From Lama glama (Eukaryota), in contig CM052816.1 of the NCBI GenBank assembly GCA_028534125.1, positions 88,166,001-88,230,000 on the forward strand: 64,000 bases of DNA, in the 5' to 3' direction. Under the pieces are notes generated by a model. That model had not been told where the DNA came from. It saw only the letters and a program-made list of their open reading frames with translations, and did no database searches. The position numbers and the translations under genes were made by a program. This document shows positions 50,101 through 64,000 of the stretch, one piece after another. The first letter of the stretch is position 1; each line of letters begins with the position of its first letter.

Positions 50101-52200
50101 TTGCTTATCACTTCAGAATATTTTTTGTAGGTGATATGGATTTTATACATAGATAGTCATGTCATATTTAAATTAAGACTTTTTTTTTCATCCAATCAAT
50201 ATGTTCCTTTTTATCTTATTTTTCTTGTATTGTACCAGCTAAGAATTCTACTATTATGTTGAATAGCAATGGTGATACCAGACATTCTTGCCATGTTTCC
50301 AAACTTAAGGGAAGTGTAGAGTCCTTCATTATTGTGTGATGTTTGATATATATATTTTTTAGATTTTTAATAATCAAATTGTGAATGTTCCTCTTTTTTT
50401 TAGTTTGCTGAGATTTTAAAATTGTAAATGGCTGTTAAATTTTGTCAATTTTTTTCTATGTTAAATGCTACAATCAAAGTATTTTTCTTTGTTAGCCTGT
50501 TGATATGGTGGATTATAGTGATTAATTTTTAAATGTTGAAACAGCCTTGAACTTTAAATAAATCATACTTGTTTGTGGTACACATACACCACTCTGATAT
50601 CAAAATCAGAAATGTCATTGAAATTAAGGAAAAATATAAAACTCCTCAACAAATCGTATTATATATAAAATATAGCAGTTTTTATTTTCCCTTAATTTAA
50701 AGTCATTTCTGCTTTTTATGTTATGATAATATTGACTTCATTAAATAAATGAAGTATTATTACTTATCACTGTATATTCTGGAAATACCGTGTGCAATTT
50801 GTATTATTTATTCACTGCTTGGTAGAATTCCTTAGTGATATAATTTGGGCCTCAACTTTGTTGTTGCTGTTGGAAACATTAATCATGAATTTATTTAATA
50901 GAAACTGTTCTCCAGATTATTTTTTTCTCCTTGTGTGAGTTGTGTGATAGTCTTGTCCTTGTCTGGTAGTCTGTTGTTTCATGTAATTGAGCCGTTATAT
51001 GTAAATTGTCAAATCTGTGGGCATAGATTTGCTCACAGTATTAGTCATATTATCATTTTGATATCTATGGATGCACGGTGATGACCCTCCTTTTTTCATT
51101 TCTTTTATTATTCATTTGTTATCTTCTCACTTTCTTTTTCCTGGTTAGTCTCATTGTAATTTTGTCAATTTTATTGATCTTTTCAAAGAACCAGGGTTTG
51201 TTTTTATTGAATTTTTTAATTCTTGTTTCATATTTTATTGATTTCTGTTCTTGTTTCAATTTTTTTTTGAATCATTTTAAGCTTAAATTGTTCTTCCTAG
51301 CTCTCCAAGATAGAGCCTGAGGTTACTTATTTTATATCGTTCTTCTTTTCTAATGTATGCATTTAAGGCCACATGTTTCCCTCTGTAGACTATTTTCATT
51401 GCATCTCTCAAATTTTGAAAAGCTGTATTTTCATTTGATTTAGTCCAAAATATATATTTAATTTATCTGGAAACATATCAAATGCATGTGTTATTTTAAA
51501 AAATGTTGCTTAATTTCCAAACACTTAGGGAATTTTTTTTTTCAGTTATATTTCTGCTTTAATCTCAGTGTGAGTTGAGGAATTTTGTGTGATTTTGAAA
51601 TATTTATTAAGGTGTATTTTATAGCACAGAAGAAGGTCTATCGTAGTGATTGTTCCATATCACCTTGAGAAGAATGTGTATTCTACTGTCTTTTGGTGGA
51701 GAAGTCTATAATGTTAATTAGATAATGTTGATTGATAGTGCCATTCAAAGAATGAATATTTTGCTGATTTTTCTCCTCCTTTCTCTCTCAGTTACTGACA
51801 AAAAGATGTTGAAGTATCTTCTAAAGAGCCTTTTTATAAGCTTTTTCTATCTCTCCTTTAATTTCTATCAATTTTTGCCTTATATATATTTAAGATTATA
51901 GGTCTTCCTGGAGAGTTGATTCTTTCTTTATGCCTGGTAAATTCCCTTTTTTTTTTTTAAATCTCTAGTAGTCTTCTGCTTTGTTCTGAAGTCTGCTTTG
52001 TCTGAAATGAATATAGGTACTCCAGTTTTCTTTTGAGTGTTACTAGCACAGCGTAGAACTGTTATCTATCCCTTTACTTTTACCCTCACAGCATCTTTAT
52101 GATTTAATGTCATTCCCATTTTCATGCAAAATATAACTGTGTGTGTTCTTAATCCTCTCTCTGACTTCTAATTGGTGTTTTAGAACATTATACTGGAGTC
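47180..52200 (-). mobile_element. Long degraded L1M (L1MC/MD-like), about 5 kb, 3' end cut by the gap
   Basis: L1MC/MD 3' motif ttaaccttgatcatctggctgagg; ORF2 motifs aaactgccagaatgtcttccaaagtggctgtgctattttgcatttccatcagcaatgtatgagag, ttaacaatattgagtcttctaatccat and cttgagaagaatgtgtattctactgt. No long ORF remains. Confidence 0.85.
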
Positions 52201-52593
52201 CTTTTGTGTGGAAAGGTGTTGAAAACGGGGAAAGTTCTATATAATCCTCTGATTAAATCTCAGTGTTTTAGTAAGACTGTGTCTCAAGTCTGTGATCTTC
52301 AAAAGTATCTGTCCAATATTATAGCTTTAAAAGAAAAAAGCAATCTATTTTTTTTAAATTTTAAAATGTGTTGCATGGGAAACTTCTTATTCCATGCTGT
52401 TATATACATTCATATGTTATTGTTATATTTTTTACCATATAAAATATGTAGCTAATATAAAGAGCCAATTTTTCACTTAATTGAAATAAACTAGACTAAA
52501 ATTTAATTGAAGAGTCTTTTAAAAAAACAAATGAAATACAGTAAACATTCCATTCTAGTGTTCTTGCCACATGTGTTTTTAAATGTGATTGCT

Positions 52594-52617
52594 TGTGTGT
52601 GTGTGTGTGTGTGTGTG
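52594..52617. repeat. (TG)12 microsatellite
   Basis: Directly visible. Confidence 0.9.
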
Positions 52618-54159
52618 TATGCAAACATATATTTGGCTCAAAATATTACATACAATGATCTATCATTTCTTAAACCCAACAATGTTATTAAATGAAGGTA
52701 GAATTTGATATTTTGTAACTGCTGTACACACATTTGCCCAACTACAACAATATGGCATACAAAGTTCCCATTTAGGATAGTAATGTGAGAAAAGTCCTTT
52801 TTCTTAACAAGTCATTAAACTGATGGACACAAAGAATGAGCAAAGCAAAATTCCAGCCTTTCCTCATTATAGTTTATAATGAGCATTTATTATAACATCC
52901 CTTAAATTCTTGAAATAGTGAAAAGGTCATATGCAACATAAAATTATAAAAATACTTCAGGTGCTGAGCCTATGAATGTTTCTGCTGTGGACACAGAAAT
53001 GAAATGTAAAATAATAACCCTTAAAATCCAGTTTTATTATGGGGTCTGTAAACTACCCAGGTAAAGTCACATTCAGAAAGCCTATTACAGACATGCTTAA
53101 ATCTTTTGTTCTTGCCAGGATGTTATCTTTTGGCTCAGAGAATTTGCTCTTCTAGGAGTAGAATCTTGCATGCATGTAAGTAACATGAGTAATTTACAAA
53201 GCTTAGGGTAACCTTATATAGAAACAATAGTATAGTTTATAAATTAAGAAAAAGTATATTTAGAGATTAGTCCTATTCTTATTTTCTTATATACAGGCAT
53301 ATAATTTTTAATACTGGAAGAAGGTTTAAATAAACATTTAGTGGTAACATAATATGTTTCAGTCACAGCTATATGTTTTCGTATCTTTCATTTTCATCCA
53401 CACAACCCCTGTGAAATTATTACCCCTCATTTCACAAAGCAAATACAGATTCTCAACCTGATCAAACAACACACTGGGAGTCACATCGCTCTTAAGTGAC
53501 AGTTCTGAAGACAGAAGTAAAACCAAGTGAAAACAGCAGCAACAAAAACAATGATGGCTCTAAAACCTTCCAATTTTATACCTGGTAAAGAACTATTTCC
53601 ACATAAACGGAAATAAATATATATGCTCTTATGTCTGCTCCGTTCAGTATTAAAGATGCTTGCCTCTTAAAGTGGACCCTTCTGTCAAGAGAACTCTAAT
53701 CTTAAAGAAAATCAGTATATTGGAAAAGTAAACCTTTTTTCTTATTGCAGCACACACGTCACATTTCACCTTGAAGTTCACTCAAAAGGAAAATGCATTT
53801 TCATCAATTTCTTAGTAACAACATTTGAACCGTTAGTTTTTTTTCAAATGTGAAAATTGAGGCATTGAGAAGTTATATAATTTCCCATGGTCTCAAAGCT
53901 AATAATTTTCAGAAGCCTGATATGGACATTTGTTAGACTGACTTCAGTGGTTAAGCTCTTTCCATATCATGTCTCTGTCTCCCCTTGACATCCCTAAGCC
54001 TGATAATCTTTTACTTATCTCTAGTCTATTTCATTTTCCATTCTGTATAGAAGTTGTTTTAAAATTATCTGCTAGGTTCATTTCCAATCACTGACACACA
54101 CCACTCTTCTTCTTACATATCTCAGCAGAAAATCAAGCTTCCAACTTTATAGAGTAACT

Positions 54160-54318
54160 TTTTTTAATTGAAGTCCAGTTGATTTTCAATATTACATTAG
54201 TTTCAGACGTACAACATAGTGATTCAGTATTTTTAAGAGATGATACTCCCTTCAAAGTTATTGCAAAATAATAACTGTGTGTCCCTGTGCTGTACAATAT
54301 ATCCTTGTTGCTTATTTA
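54160..54318 (-). mobile_element. Very short L1 3' terminus
   Basis: tttttttaattgaagtccagttgattttcaatattacattagtttcagacgtacaacatagtgattcag...ccctgtgctgtacaatatatccttgttg; imperfect flanking duplication tttatagagtaact / tttatagatttaact. Confidence 0.75.
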
Positions 54319-55648
54319 TTTATAGATTTAACTATTAGTTACATTTCACCCATTTTTCTTCCCTTTTCTCTTATCTTTTTGGGAGTATTTACACAATTTT
54401 CACTAACGTAAGTTACACAGTCCTTGAACCAGAGCAAAGTATTTGTGACCTAAATATGTTTTGGAAATTGAGGGATGATTCTTTCAAGAATCCTTTTTCT
54501 TTATACAAAGTGATTTATTTATCTTTTGTTTTCTTTTGCTTATTATAAAGTTTTTCAAGTCACTTTAAGCAAAAAACAAAAACAAAAACACATAGTTTTT
54601 GGGGGCCTGCATTCATTCATTCTTTTAAGGAATATTATTAATTGTGGATCTAATTTGTACCACTCAGGAGAATTGTATACCTATATTCTGTTTCCATATG
54701 AGTTTATATAAATAATGACAGATAGATTATAAAGAATTTCAGGAAAAAATTTACTATAATTTTAGAAGTGTACTTACCCCTCCCCACAACACATCATAGT
54801 TAATATATATCCAGTTGCTATTTCTTTAATTTACCACAAAGGGTGAAATGACATGCTTTAATGTAACCCTCTTTCTTTTCCAAGCTGGTAGGATCTGGTC
54901 ATGTGATTACTTAATAAATGTCACCAAAGCATTTAAAAATAATTTTGTTTTAGGATTCATAGTAAATTGTTACACTCTGCACCAGCAAATTGACTATTCT
55001 CACAGTAGTTGTATAAAATAATGAGTTTGCTTATCTAACCAGATGCCAAGTTCATTTTGAAAATGATCTACAGCCATGTAATAAGGTTTCAATTTTATTA
55101 CTTTTTATACTTTTTCAACCCTTTATTAAATTAGCTGATAACTTTATTGTTGTTATTATTCATAATGCATTTATTCAGATAGCAAATATTTATTATCTAC
55201 TTTGTATAGATATTATGCTATACAGTGGAGAAATAAAGATTATCAAAACTTTCATATTCTCTGATTTCTAGACAATTAAGTCAAATATATACATATATAA
55301 TCCAATGTATATTTAATCATACATATATAGACATACCCAAATACATATGCATACATCAATTAAATATATAAAATTGGCATTCCTAAGTTTGGAGCCTTCA
55401 GAGAGGGAGATTGTCAATTATGCTTTATTCTCATGACGAATTGGTCAATTGCACGGTTTCCTCTGTGCATATTATATCTCTTTAGAATCCATAAAAAGTA
55501 AATTGTTAGCATCATGCAACACAAACATTATTTATACAGTTGTACAATGAATGGGCTTCTACTTTCAGTTAATTTTTAGCCCTCCACTTTTGTTTTTACT
55601 TATAACATTTAGTTTTTGTAAGCTTTCCATTCAGAATATGGGGTGAAT

Positions 55649-56160
55649 AGTGGCCAAGTACACATTCATCTGCTCACTGCACAACAGGCCAATAAATTGA
55701 GAGAGTAGATGTTGAAACATGGAATAGTGATTTTATTTGGAAAGCCAGCAGACTAAGAAGATGGTGAAGTAGTGTGCCAAGGAACCGTCTTATCTAAGGT
55801 AGAATTCGGGCTTCTTTTATGTTAAAAGAGACGGACCAGACTCTGGAGAGGATGTGGTAATCCTTTATTCTTGCAGCTCTCCACACAGATCTGGTCATAA
55901 TGTTCCTGTAAACCGTCAATGAGCAAGTTTTATTTTCTGTGCTACAACCTTCTCTCTCTATATTAAGAAAAAGTGCTATGTCTTTAAAGGTCAAACCTGA
56001 GAGGCAGAGCCTTGAGAAAGGGCTCCCATGCATGTTTCAGGCTATTTACTGATTGACAAAGGTGCAGACCCAGCATGACTGAGCACAGGCAACAGAGCAC
56101 AAGGGTCAGAGCTAAAGGAAGAGACCCAATGTGGAGTCAGTCTTGTTCTTCTCTGTTTCA
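55649..56160 (-). mobile_element. ERV1-type solo LTR, about 510 bp
   Basis: ctgctcactgcacaacaggccaataaattgagaga...ttttatttggaaagccagcagactaagaagatgg...tggagtcagtcttgttcttctctgtttCA; left boundary approximate. Confidence 0.7.
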
Positions 56161-57189
56161 ATCTCAGTATTATATATACAAATAGAATAGAAATCAAATT
56201 TTAGAAGGACAAATGAAATAACCAGTGGATTGTTATCTTTGTCCTTGAATCAAAACTTCAGTAGGTTGGAAAAACATAAACAGAACAGTGAATTTTGAGC
56301 AGAATATTCAGACAAGGAATTGCTTGATTAGTCTGTGAAGAAAGCATGATATCTGGTTGCACTACAACTCTTTAGTCTTGTGCACCTACGTTGTGCATTT
56401 CTTTCCTTGTGTGTCAAGATTATCTGAGAAACTCTTTTGTAGTGGAAATATTTTTTATTGAAAACATTATTTTGTTCAGTGACATTTTTAATTTTAAGAA
56501 GGTGGATAAAAGCACCTGCTTAGCTTAAGGCAAAGTAATAAAGTTTTCATTATGGGGTTGTGGACCCCAGTATACTGGATATTTTGAAGGACTTCAAGTC
56601 TTTTCTGTAATAACAAGAAATGATTCTGCTGGATCCCTGATACGTGATATGAAATACTTATACTCACTCTGCAGAAGATTTTATAATAGATGAATTTGGA
56701 GAATTGTGGAAGTAAAGACACTCAGTGATGTCTGCATCTTAATTTTAATCCCTAGAAATTGACTATAGGCCTCACTATGTGTCATGATTTCACCATTTGG
56801 GAGTTGAAAAATAACATCTGCATAGCACTTTACACATACAGCTTCATAGTAATTATCTTATTTCATCCCACAACCTTCTAAATTCCCTTTGTACCATTAT
56901 GTTCATTTATTTCCTGCCACAACATGGTCCTAAGTAACTAAGTACAGTGTATGACAAAGATATAGAAAGAATTCAATGGTTCACTCAGTAGAACAAGAAA
57001 TACATGTTAAGCTTCAATAAAATAAATACATTTCTCATTTTTGGCAATAATTTGAAAGTTGTAGAATAGTGTTTGAGTTTATTGCAGTAGTAAGAAGAAA
57101 AAAAAATCTCCTGGATGTTATAATATACACAGCACATATATTTACAGATGTCAATACTAGTATGTTTGATAAATTACTTCTTAATTATT

Positions 57190-57686
57190 ACAGTAAATTA
57201 AAAAAAAAAGTTTCCCCTAAAGATATTCATAGGCGAATCCATGGAACCTGTGAATGTCATCTTATTTGGAAAAAAGTTTTTGCAGAAAAGATAAAGTTGA
57301 GGATGAGGATGATCCTGGATTATCTGAGTGGGCCCTAAATGCAATGCAAAGACATTTATCCTTACCAAAGAAAGGAAGTTGGAGATCTGAAAAATACAGA
57401 GGAGGACACTAATGTGAAGACAGAGGAGAGTGAGAGTGGAAGGTGCCAGCCTGCAAGATTGGAAGGATACAGCCACAAGCAAAGGAAGTCCAGGAGCAGC
57501 CGGAATTTGGAAGAGGAAGAAGACAGGTTCTCCGCTGGAGCCTCCGGACAGAGTGACTGCACCTTAATTTTGGCCTGCGGAAACTGATTTTGGACTTGTG
57601 GCCTTCAGAACTCTGAAGCGTAAATTACTGTTATTTGAATTGGCCCGATTTGGTTGATTTCTTATAGCAGCTATAGAAAACTAACA
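57190..57686 (+). mobile_element. MLT1C/D-like MaLR solo LTR
   Basis: ggaacctgtgaatgtcatcttatttggaaaaaagtttttgcaga...ttttggacttgtggccttcagaactctga...ttatagcagctatagaaaactaaca. Confidence 0.8.
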
Positions 57687-58169
57687 AGAGTTATATGTTC
57701 TGTTAAAATAGAAATCAAATTTGAAAATATCTTTAAAATTTACATTTTAAAAAATTTCCGAAGTGAATAAAACTAGTGAGTAATTGAGGTAAGTAAGTAA
57801 TAACTCGTGAACACTAGAATGTTAATAACTTGGATTATGCACTATTGTTTTAGCATCTATAAAGAAAATGTACTTGATGTTCCATTTTAATGCCTTATCG
57901 GTAATAAGCAATGAGCAGGGGACTCATTCAGACTGGTGAACCCAGTGCCAAACCACTCTATTATGACTAGATTTTCAATGGTATTTTCAGTGTGATGGGA
58001 AGCAAAGATAAAACGAAAAGTTTTCATTGGGGAATTGACATTTGGAAACTTTACTCTGGCTGGCCTAAAGAAAATATAAAGAAAGATTGGAATCAGGGAA
58101 AATAATTACAGACTGTTACTGTAGACCAAGTAAGGGAGGATGTTACATTTAATAAATATATGACAATTA

Positions 58170-59350
58170 GTATTCATTTCCAGTTGGTGAAAATTTGGGT
58201 GATTTCTAGTTGAAGGCTATTAATAAAGCTGTTATGAACATTATTTGAAAACCTATTTGTGTTCTTTTCATTTGTCTTGGGTTAGTAACTAGAAATGGAA
58301 ATAGTGGGTTACAAGCTAAGTGCATGATTAATTGTAGGAGAAACTCCTAAAGAAATACCTAAAGTATTATTTTATACTGTTACTACTCTCTCTTCCTTGT
58401 CTGAGACTTCAGTTACAAATTTAAGGAGCAAAATACTTTTGTCTCACAAGTCACAGAAAGTCTGTCCCTTCTGCACTTTCAACTTTTTTCTTTCATTTTC
58501 AACTTTCCCTTTCTTTTGCAAACTTCACCATATCTATCATTTCTGGACTTGTGTCTATTGTCTGGTCTATCTCTTGATTATGAGTCAGATTTTCTTACAC
58601 TTTTTACAACTTTAGTCATTTTATTTGTTTGCTAAATCTTGTGGATATTTTATTTTCTATGTTTAGATTTTGTCATCTTCCTTAATAGAACATTGTGCTT
58701 TATTTGATTATATATTTAATTTACTTGCAGATAGATCAGATGTATTTGATGCTCATGTGTACATGCTGTTAGAGCAGGCATAGATCAGCCTTTACTCTAG
58801 GTCTAGAACAGTATGATTCTTAGCCCAGATCATTTCAGGGGTCTCTACTGAAACCCTATGATGCTTCCAAGTGTTTCTTAATTTTGTCCTATTAGAACTC
58901 AAATATTTCTTAGCCTTATATGAGCTCTGCTGGCCCTACAGTTGTAAGCTACCCAATGGCGATTCCTTGACTGGCTCTATAAAGTCAATCTGTGCATGCA
59001 GTTTTCTATTCTGTCCCTCGTAGAATGGGACTCTTTTGTAGATTTCTGGAAGTCACTCTCTCTCAACGCCCTTTGCTCTGGTACCCTGGATCACACAAAT
59101 TCCACCTATTTCCATTCTCCGACCTCCGTGTTCCTCTTCACTGAGCCCTAGTCCTGAACGTGCTTCCAAGCAAAAATCCTGGGTGATGTAACAGCCAGCC
59201 TTTTTTCTTTCCCTCCAGCAGGGGAATCACATCATGTGCTGCTTTCTTCTTCTATAACTAAAAATAGCTATTTCACACATTTTGTCTTGTGTATAGTAGT
59301 TAAGGGGAGGAGAGCCAGTCTAGTACCACCCACTCTACCATGACTGAAAT
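58170..59350 (-). mobile_element. Very old L1M fragments
   Basis: taataaagctgttatgaacatt...tagaaatggaaatagtgggt at 58220-58310; the later part resembles old L1 5' sequence (cagcctttactctagg, ggggtctctactgaa). Confidence 0.45.
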
Positions 59351-59776
59351 ATCAAGTCTCTGGAGTAAAGCTTCTGAACAAGTAACAGAGAATCAATCCT
59401 GTGCATGCGTGAAGGAGTTGGCCTCAAATAGGATCCAGAAAGATTAATCCAGAAACATTGCACAATTACACAATTAAACATATGTTTTTTATGAGCCTTC
59501 TCTTCTTTTTGAGGGTGCTTCATATACCATTCCATACCCACAAGCATTAGGACTTCACTTCGTATCCAGTAACTTCCACGTCAAATCCAGTAACAAATTG
59601 TGTATATATCTATGTTCTTAATATACCTGCCCCTTCCTCTGCTTTTTCCTGTAACTGTTTTGGCACGAGTTTTCATTACATCTTGATTAGATTGTATGTA
59701 ACAAACTCTTGCCTTGTCATTTGATTTAATAGTATGCTAACAAAAATATTACTAGAACACAGTGGCATTAAAACTG

Positions 59777-60208
59777 TGTATCAGTCTGCTCAGGATGACG
59801 TAACAAAGTACCACAAAGTGGGTGGCTTAACACAACAGAAATCTATTTTTTTATAGTTCTGGAGGATAGAATCCAGCCAATGCAGTTCGAGTTAGTTTTT
59901 GGTGAGGGCTGTCCTCCTGGCTTGTGCTTGTGGTTATGACCTCACACAGCCTTTCCACAGTGCCTCTGTGCAGATGTGCAGAGAGAGAGAGAGACAGAAA
60001 ATGAGACAGAGAATGAGACAGAGGAGGGAAGCTCTCTGGTATGCTGTCTTATAAAGACACTAATCCATCAGATCAGGGTTCCACTCCTAAGACCTCATTT
60101 AACCCTAATTACTTCATTACAGCCCCATCTCCAACTACAGCTGCACTGGGGGTTAGAGCTTCAGTATATGAATTTGGGAGGGGGGACACAAACATCAGCC
60201 CGTATTAG
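59777..60208 (-). mobile_element. MLT1A-like MaLR solo LTR
   Basis: tgtatcagtctgctcaggatgacgtaacaaagtaccaca...cttataaagacactaatccatcagatcaggg...ggggttagagcttcagtatatgaatttgggagggggacacaaac. Confidence 0.8.
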
Positions 60209-63200
60209 AGTACCACCAAAATTAAATTTGTAACACCGTTAAATAATATCAGTTTAAAGGCAAATCTTAAATAGTGATTTTCAGTAGTGGCTGTAGATAC
60301 GAAAAGCATAAAGCAAAGTTTCTTCCAGTATGCTCTGATATTTCTTTACTTCTTTCTTCTTTGGTGGCAGAGCAAATCATCTCTTCCTATAAATTTAGGA
60401 TATAATGGCATAGTTTTATTTTATTTTGCAAATCCACCTATTAGACAGACACTTACACACAGATATAAAGACACATAATATAGAAATTGTGTATATATAT
60501 GTATATATATTTGGTAGCAAATATGTAAAATCTGTCTCTAAATATCACTACCAGACAAATAAACTGATTAGACTATAACTTTCAGATAACATTGAGAGAG
60601 GTAGAAATTAAATTATCTTCCCATGTTTACAAAGTAAAGCCTTATAATTTGACATTAATGATCAGAATTATTTCTGCATGTTTCTTGTTACCTGAGCTTT
60701 GTGATGGATTATTACTAACTGAATATGATGGACTCCATCTGAGTCACACACATAATTTATCATTGCCTAAAAATTCAAGGACATGACAAAAGAAAAGGGA
60801 GGGAATATGGCAATTAGGCATGTGCTTATCTAGGTCTTAGTTCACAAAGGGAAATTTTTATAAAATAGAATTAAATGTGTTATATAGCAATTGTTCAATA
60901 AATAGTTAGAGAAGGAAAAGCATCAAGGAACATAGAATAATATCTTATGCATGTATTAAATTCTAACCATTAGTTGAAGAAGCTAAGAAACAAGAAAAAT
61001 GTACAGAGATAATAAATATATTGATTATTACCGCAAATTTTCATTAAATTTATATATGTTAATTTCCATATAATTAATTAGAATAACATAAGGTCAGCTG
61101 AGAAGTTAAGAAAACAATCACTGTTAATCAAAATAATTTATCCAGGAAGTAAGCCATTTCACAGATAGTTTTGCACCTTTCAAATTTACATTTCCATTTA
61201 GATAATTGGAAATAATTTTAAAATCACATACTAGATAATGATGTTATTCATAAAATGATAATGTTATTTTGCAAACAGGAGTTTGAACCCCAAATACATG
61301 CAATACTTGAATTATGTATGTGTATACATATAATGCAACTACTAATGAATGCAATTGAAGCTGATTAAAAGTGCTCTTTCCACAAAATAATCTGATTACT
61401 TAACTTTCATTTATTCTGTTTAAAATATTCATGAATTATTTAGCTTAGAGAATTGTATAAATGGTAACAAAATTATAAACAAATATTATATTAATATAAC
61501 ATGTTTTTAATTTTGATTATTATTTTCAAAAGACAGATTGCATCTTTCTCTTTACTCACAGTCAACATATTTAAAAGCAAGTCAGGAGTCAAATGTGTAA
61601 CTGAAGACTGGAACATCTGGAGAAATGGCAGGGATGTGTCAGGTAATAATTAAGGACTTGGAACTTTCATTAAAATTCTAAATCTTGTTTAAACTCCTAC
61701 ATAACAAAATAGTCAAATTTAAATATCCATTATAATTTTCCAAATTAAAATGAAACTCAAAATGAGTAGATAAAATAGAAAGGAAATGTATCATGTAGAT
61801 ATTTATTTGATAGGCCACTTTTTATGATAGAAATGTTAAATTTTACAGCTTTTTGTTTTTACCCATTGATGTCACGTGGTTGTAAAGAACTATTTCTTTT
61901 CATACATACCTCTCTGTCCTCAAAATTGATTTAAACACAAATTTTAGTTTAAAAATGACAAAAAAATTCATTTCTTAGTTTCTGTTAAGCCAATGCTGAA
62001 TATATTTCCTTGTATTATTTTAAATTTCACTCATATATAGATGCACACATGTACATCTGCTCTCCCTGGTAATTACAGATGGTAATCTCACATTCAGAAT
62101 TCCCTACCATTTAAACAGGAATGACTAGTTTCTTAATACTGTCATATAACATTACTTACATAATATTTTCAAAAAATGTTTAATGTTGAAGTGACTGTAT
62201 GTTTGTTTTATTGCCTCAGATCCATTTCCTCTTCTCAAGAATTTGCTGGGCTTTGCTCGTGACCTCCTCTTTCCAAGCTCTTTGCTCGCTGATTCAGGTG
62301 TTGCTACACAATATCCCACTTTAGTGATGGCCATACCTTCCTGTCGTGACCAGCTGAGGAGAGCTCCTTCTCATGCAGATTGGTGTAAGAGGAAGTGTGG
62401 GAACAAGACTAAACATATGAACAAATCTATTCTAAGACTTGTTAGAATTTTTAAAAAAAAAATTTACTTTTTATAGTATATATAGTATATAAACTTGGAT
62501 ATAGTCCTGTGGTCACAAGGAAGCATGAAATTGCCTACTCACTGAACCAACAAAGAGAGCCAAGCAGAGATAGAGAAGCACAGTTGAATCTTAGTGCCAT
62601 TTTTTGAGTTTCTAGCTAGATTTATCAGAAGCCAGGAATACCTTTGGTTTACTTATTTTGTGAAGACACTACAAATTTTCTGTTTTTCTAAAAACATGAA
62701 TTGGGCTCTTTCCTTATGGATAGAGAAATTTTAGATTAGACAAGGTAAACAATTTGTCCTTTGTCAGACAGTGAGAGACAGAGATTCTAATCAAACTTTA
62801 TGTGCCTCTTTAGAGCTTTCTCAGTTCATGACACTAAATATTGGCTTTAGCTGCATTAATAGATAAATATTACATTAGATATGTGAGTGTTGAAAGCATT
62901 CTGTCAACTCTACAGTAAACTGTTGATACAATGAAAAAGTTGTTTTATGAAATTTAGTTTTTTTTTTCATTTTGTTTTGTTATTTTCCTAAAATATTGGT
63001 TAATTTAAAATAACATGTGATTAGGAAAAAAGGGACATGGAATCTAAATTTTATTTTATTATAGTTACTAATATAATACAAAATGAAAGCTTTTTTTTAA
63101 TCCTTTGAAATTGTTTAACATTTTAAAAAATTTAGAGAGGGAGAGAAAAAGCATTCTTGGTACTGATGACAACTATGGTTTTCCAGTCATGCCATTTTGA

Positions 63201-64000
63201 GGTAAATCAGCTAAAATTTTTGGATTTCTGTATCAATGTGTAAAATAAGAGAGACTGACCAGAATGCTTACAATAAAATTTGCAGTTTTTCTAAGTTTGG
63301 TATTAAAACCAGCATGTTATAAATGAAAGGTGTACTTTTACAGCAAACTATTACTCCATATCAGCGCTCTCAAAAACGACATATTTTATTTGGTCTATGA
63401 CATAAGGCTTTAATAAGTCTTTGCCAACACTTAACAATTTGGAGAGTTCACACAGAATTTAAAATTTTGTACCATGTAACAGAAGAAATAAGATATAAAA
63501 ATGCAGAAGATCTAGCTGTACTGGCCAGCATGCCCATATGGGAAACATTAACTGAAGCTACAAAGCAGATGGACCATTTAGTTAGGGATTGCATTCTGAG
63601 TCAGAGTCCTCACTCAGGGTATTTTTTGAACATACTGATTATTTATAGGGTGTGAATAGTGGTCTTTTTCTAGCATGAGTATTTTACTAATTTACTTTAT
63701 TCCCCAGGCCCTTCAGAAATGCATTGATAAATATAGATAGTATTCTTTATGACTACGAAAGTCAGGCATCTGGTTGCAAAAGAATATCCCAGTGCTGGAG
63801 TCTGACCAACTTGCAACAGTAAACTTGTGTGTTTAATAGTATACCTGGTGCCTGTAGGTTCTAATTACATGGTAGAAATGAGTAACATTGATGCAAAGCT
63901 GTTTATAGTTTAGAAAATTAGACATATTTGATAATAAGTGATGTGGAAAGAAAAATTCAAAGGGGAGATTGGGACATTATATTATATTGACACAAACTGT

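Noticed and set aside
57069..57587. Several overlapping ORFs
   Set aside because: They lie within an MLT1 LTR.
1..64000. CRISPR arrays, operons, tRNA/rRNA genes or a novel multi-gene system
   Set aside because: Mammalian intronic and intergenic DNA; I saw no repeat-spacer array, structural RNA gene or additional intact gene.

Overview
AT-rich mammalian genomic DNA containing the 3' half of a type II classical cadherin gene recognisable as CDH12 on the + strand. Six coding exons (3503-3756, 13698-13834, 31511-31632, 35043-35160, 38967-39218, 42122-42621) have GT-AG boundaries and join into one uninterrupted 1383-nt frame (460 aa plus stop) covering the end of EC3, EC4, EC5, the transmembrane segment and the catenin-binding tail. 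A 3' UTR and about 20 kb of repeat-rich downstream DNA follow. The 17.7-kb intron at 13835-31510 holds two processed pseudogenes: a sense RPLP2 copy and an antisense makorin copy (CCCH + RING + CCCH) that resembles the divergent makorin-4-like lineage rather than MKRN1/2/3. The makorin copy is the most interesting feature. Other notable structures are an old L1 with two nested solo LTRs, a 5'-inverted L1 with a target-site duplication, and two exons starting with GT directly after the acceptor AG. There are two placeholder gaps of exactly 500 N. The repeat content suggests a non-ruminant cetartiodactyl such as a camelid (inference only). Repeat family names come from recalled consensus sequences, not a database search. 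I found no evidence of a wholly new multi-gene system.
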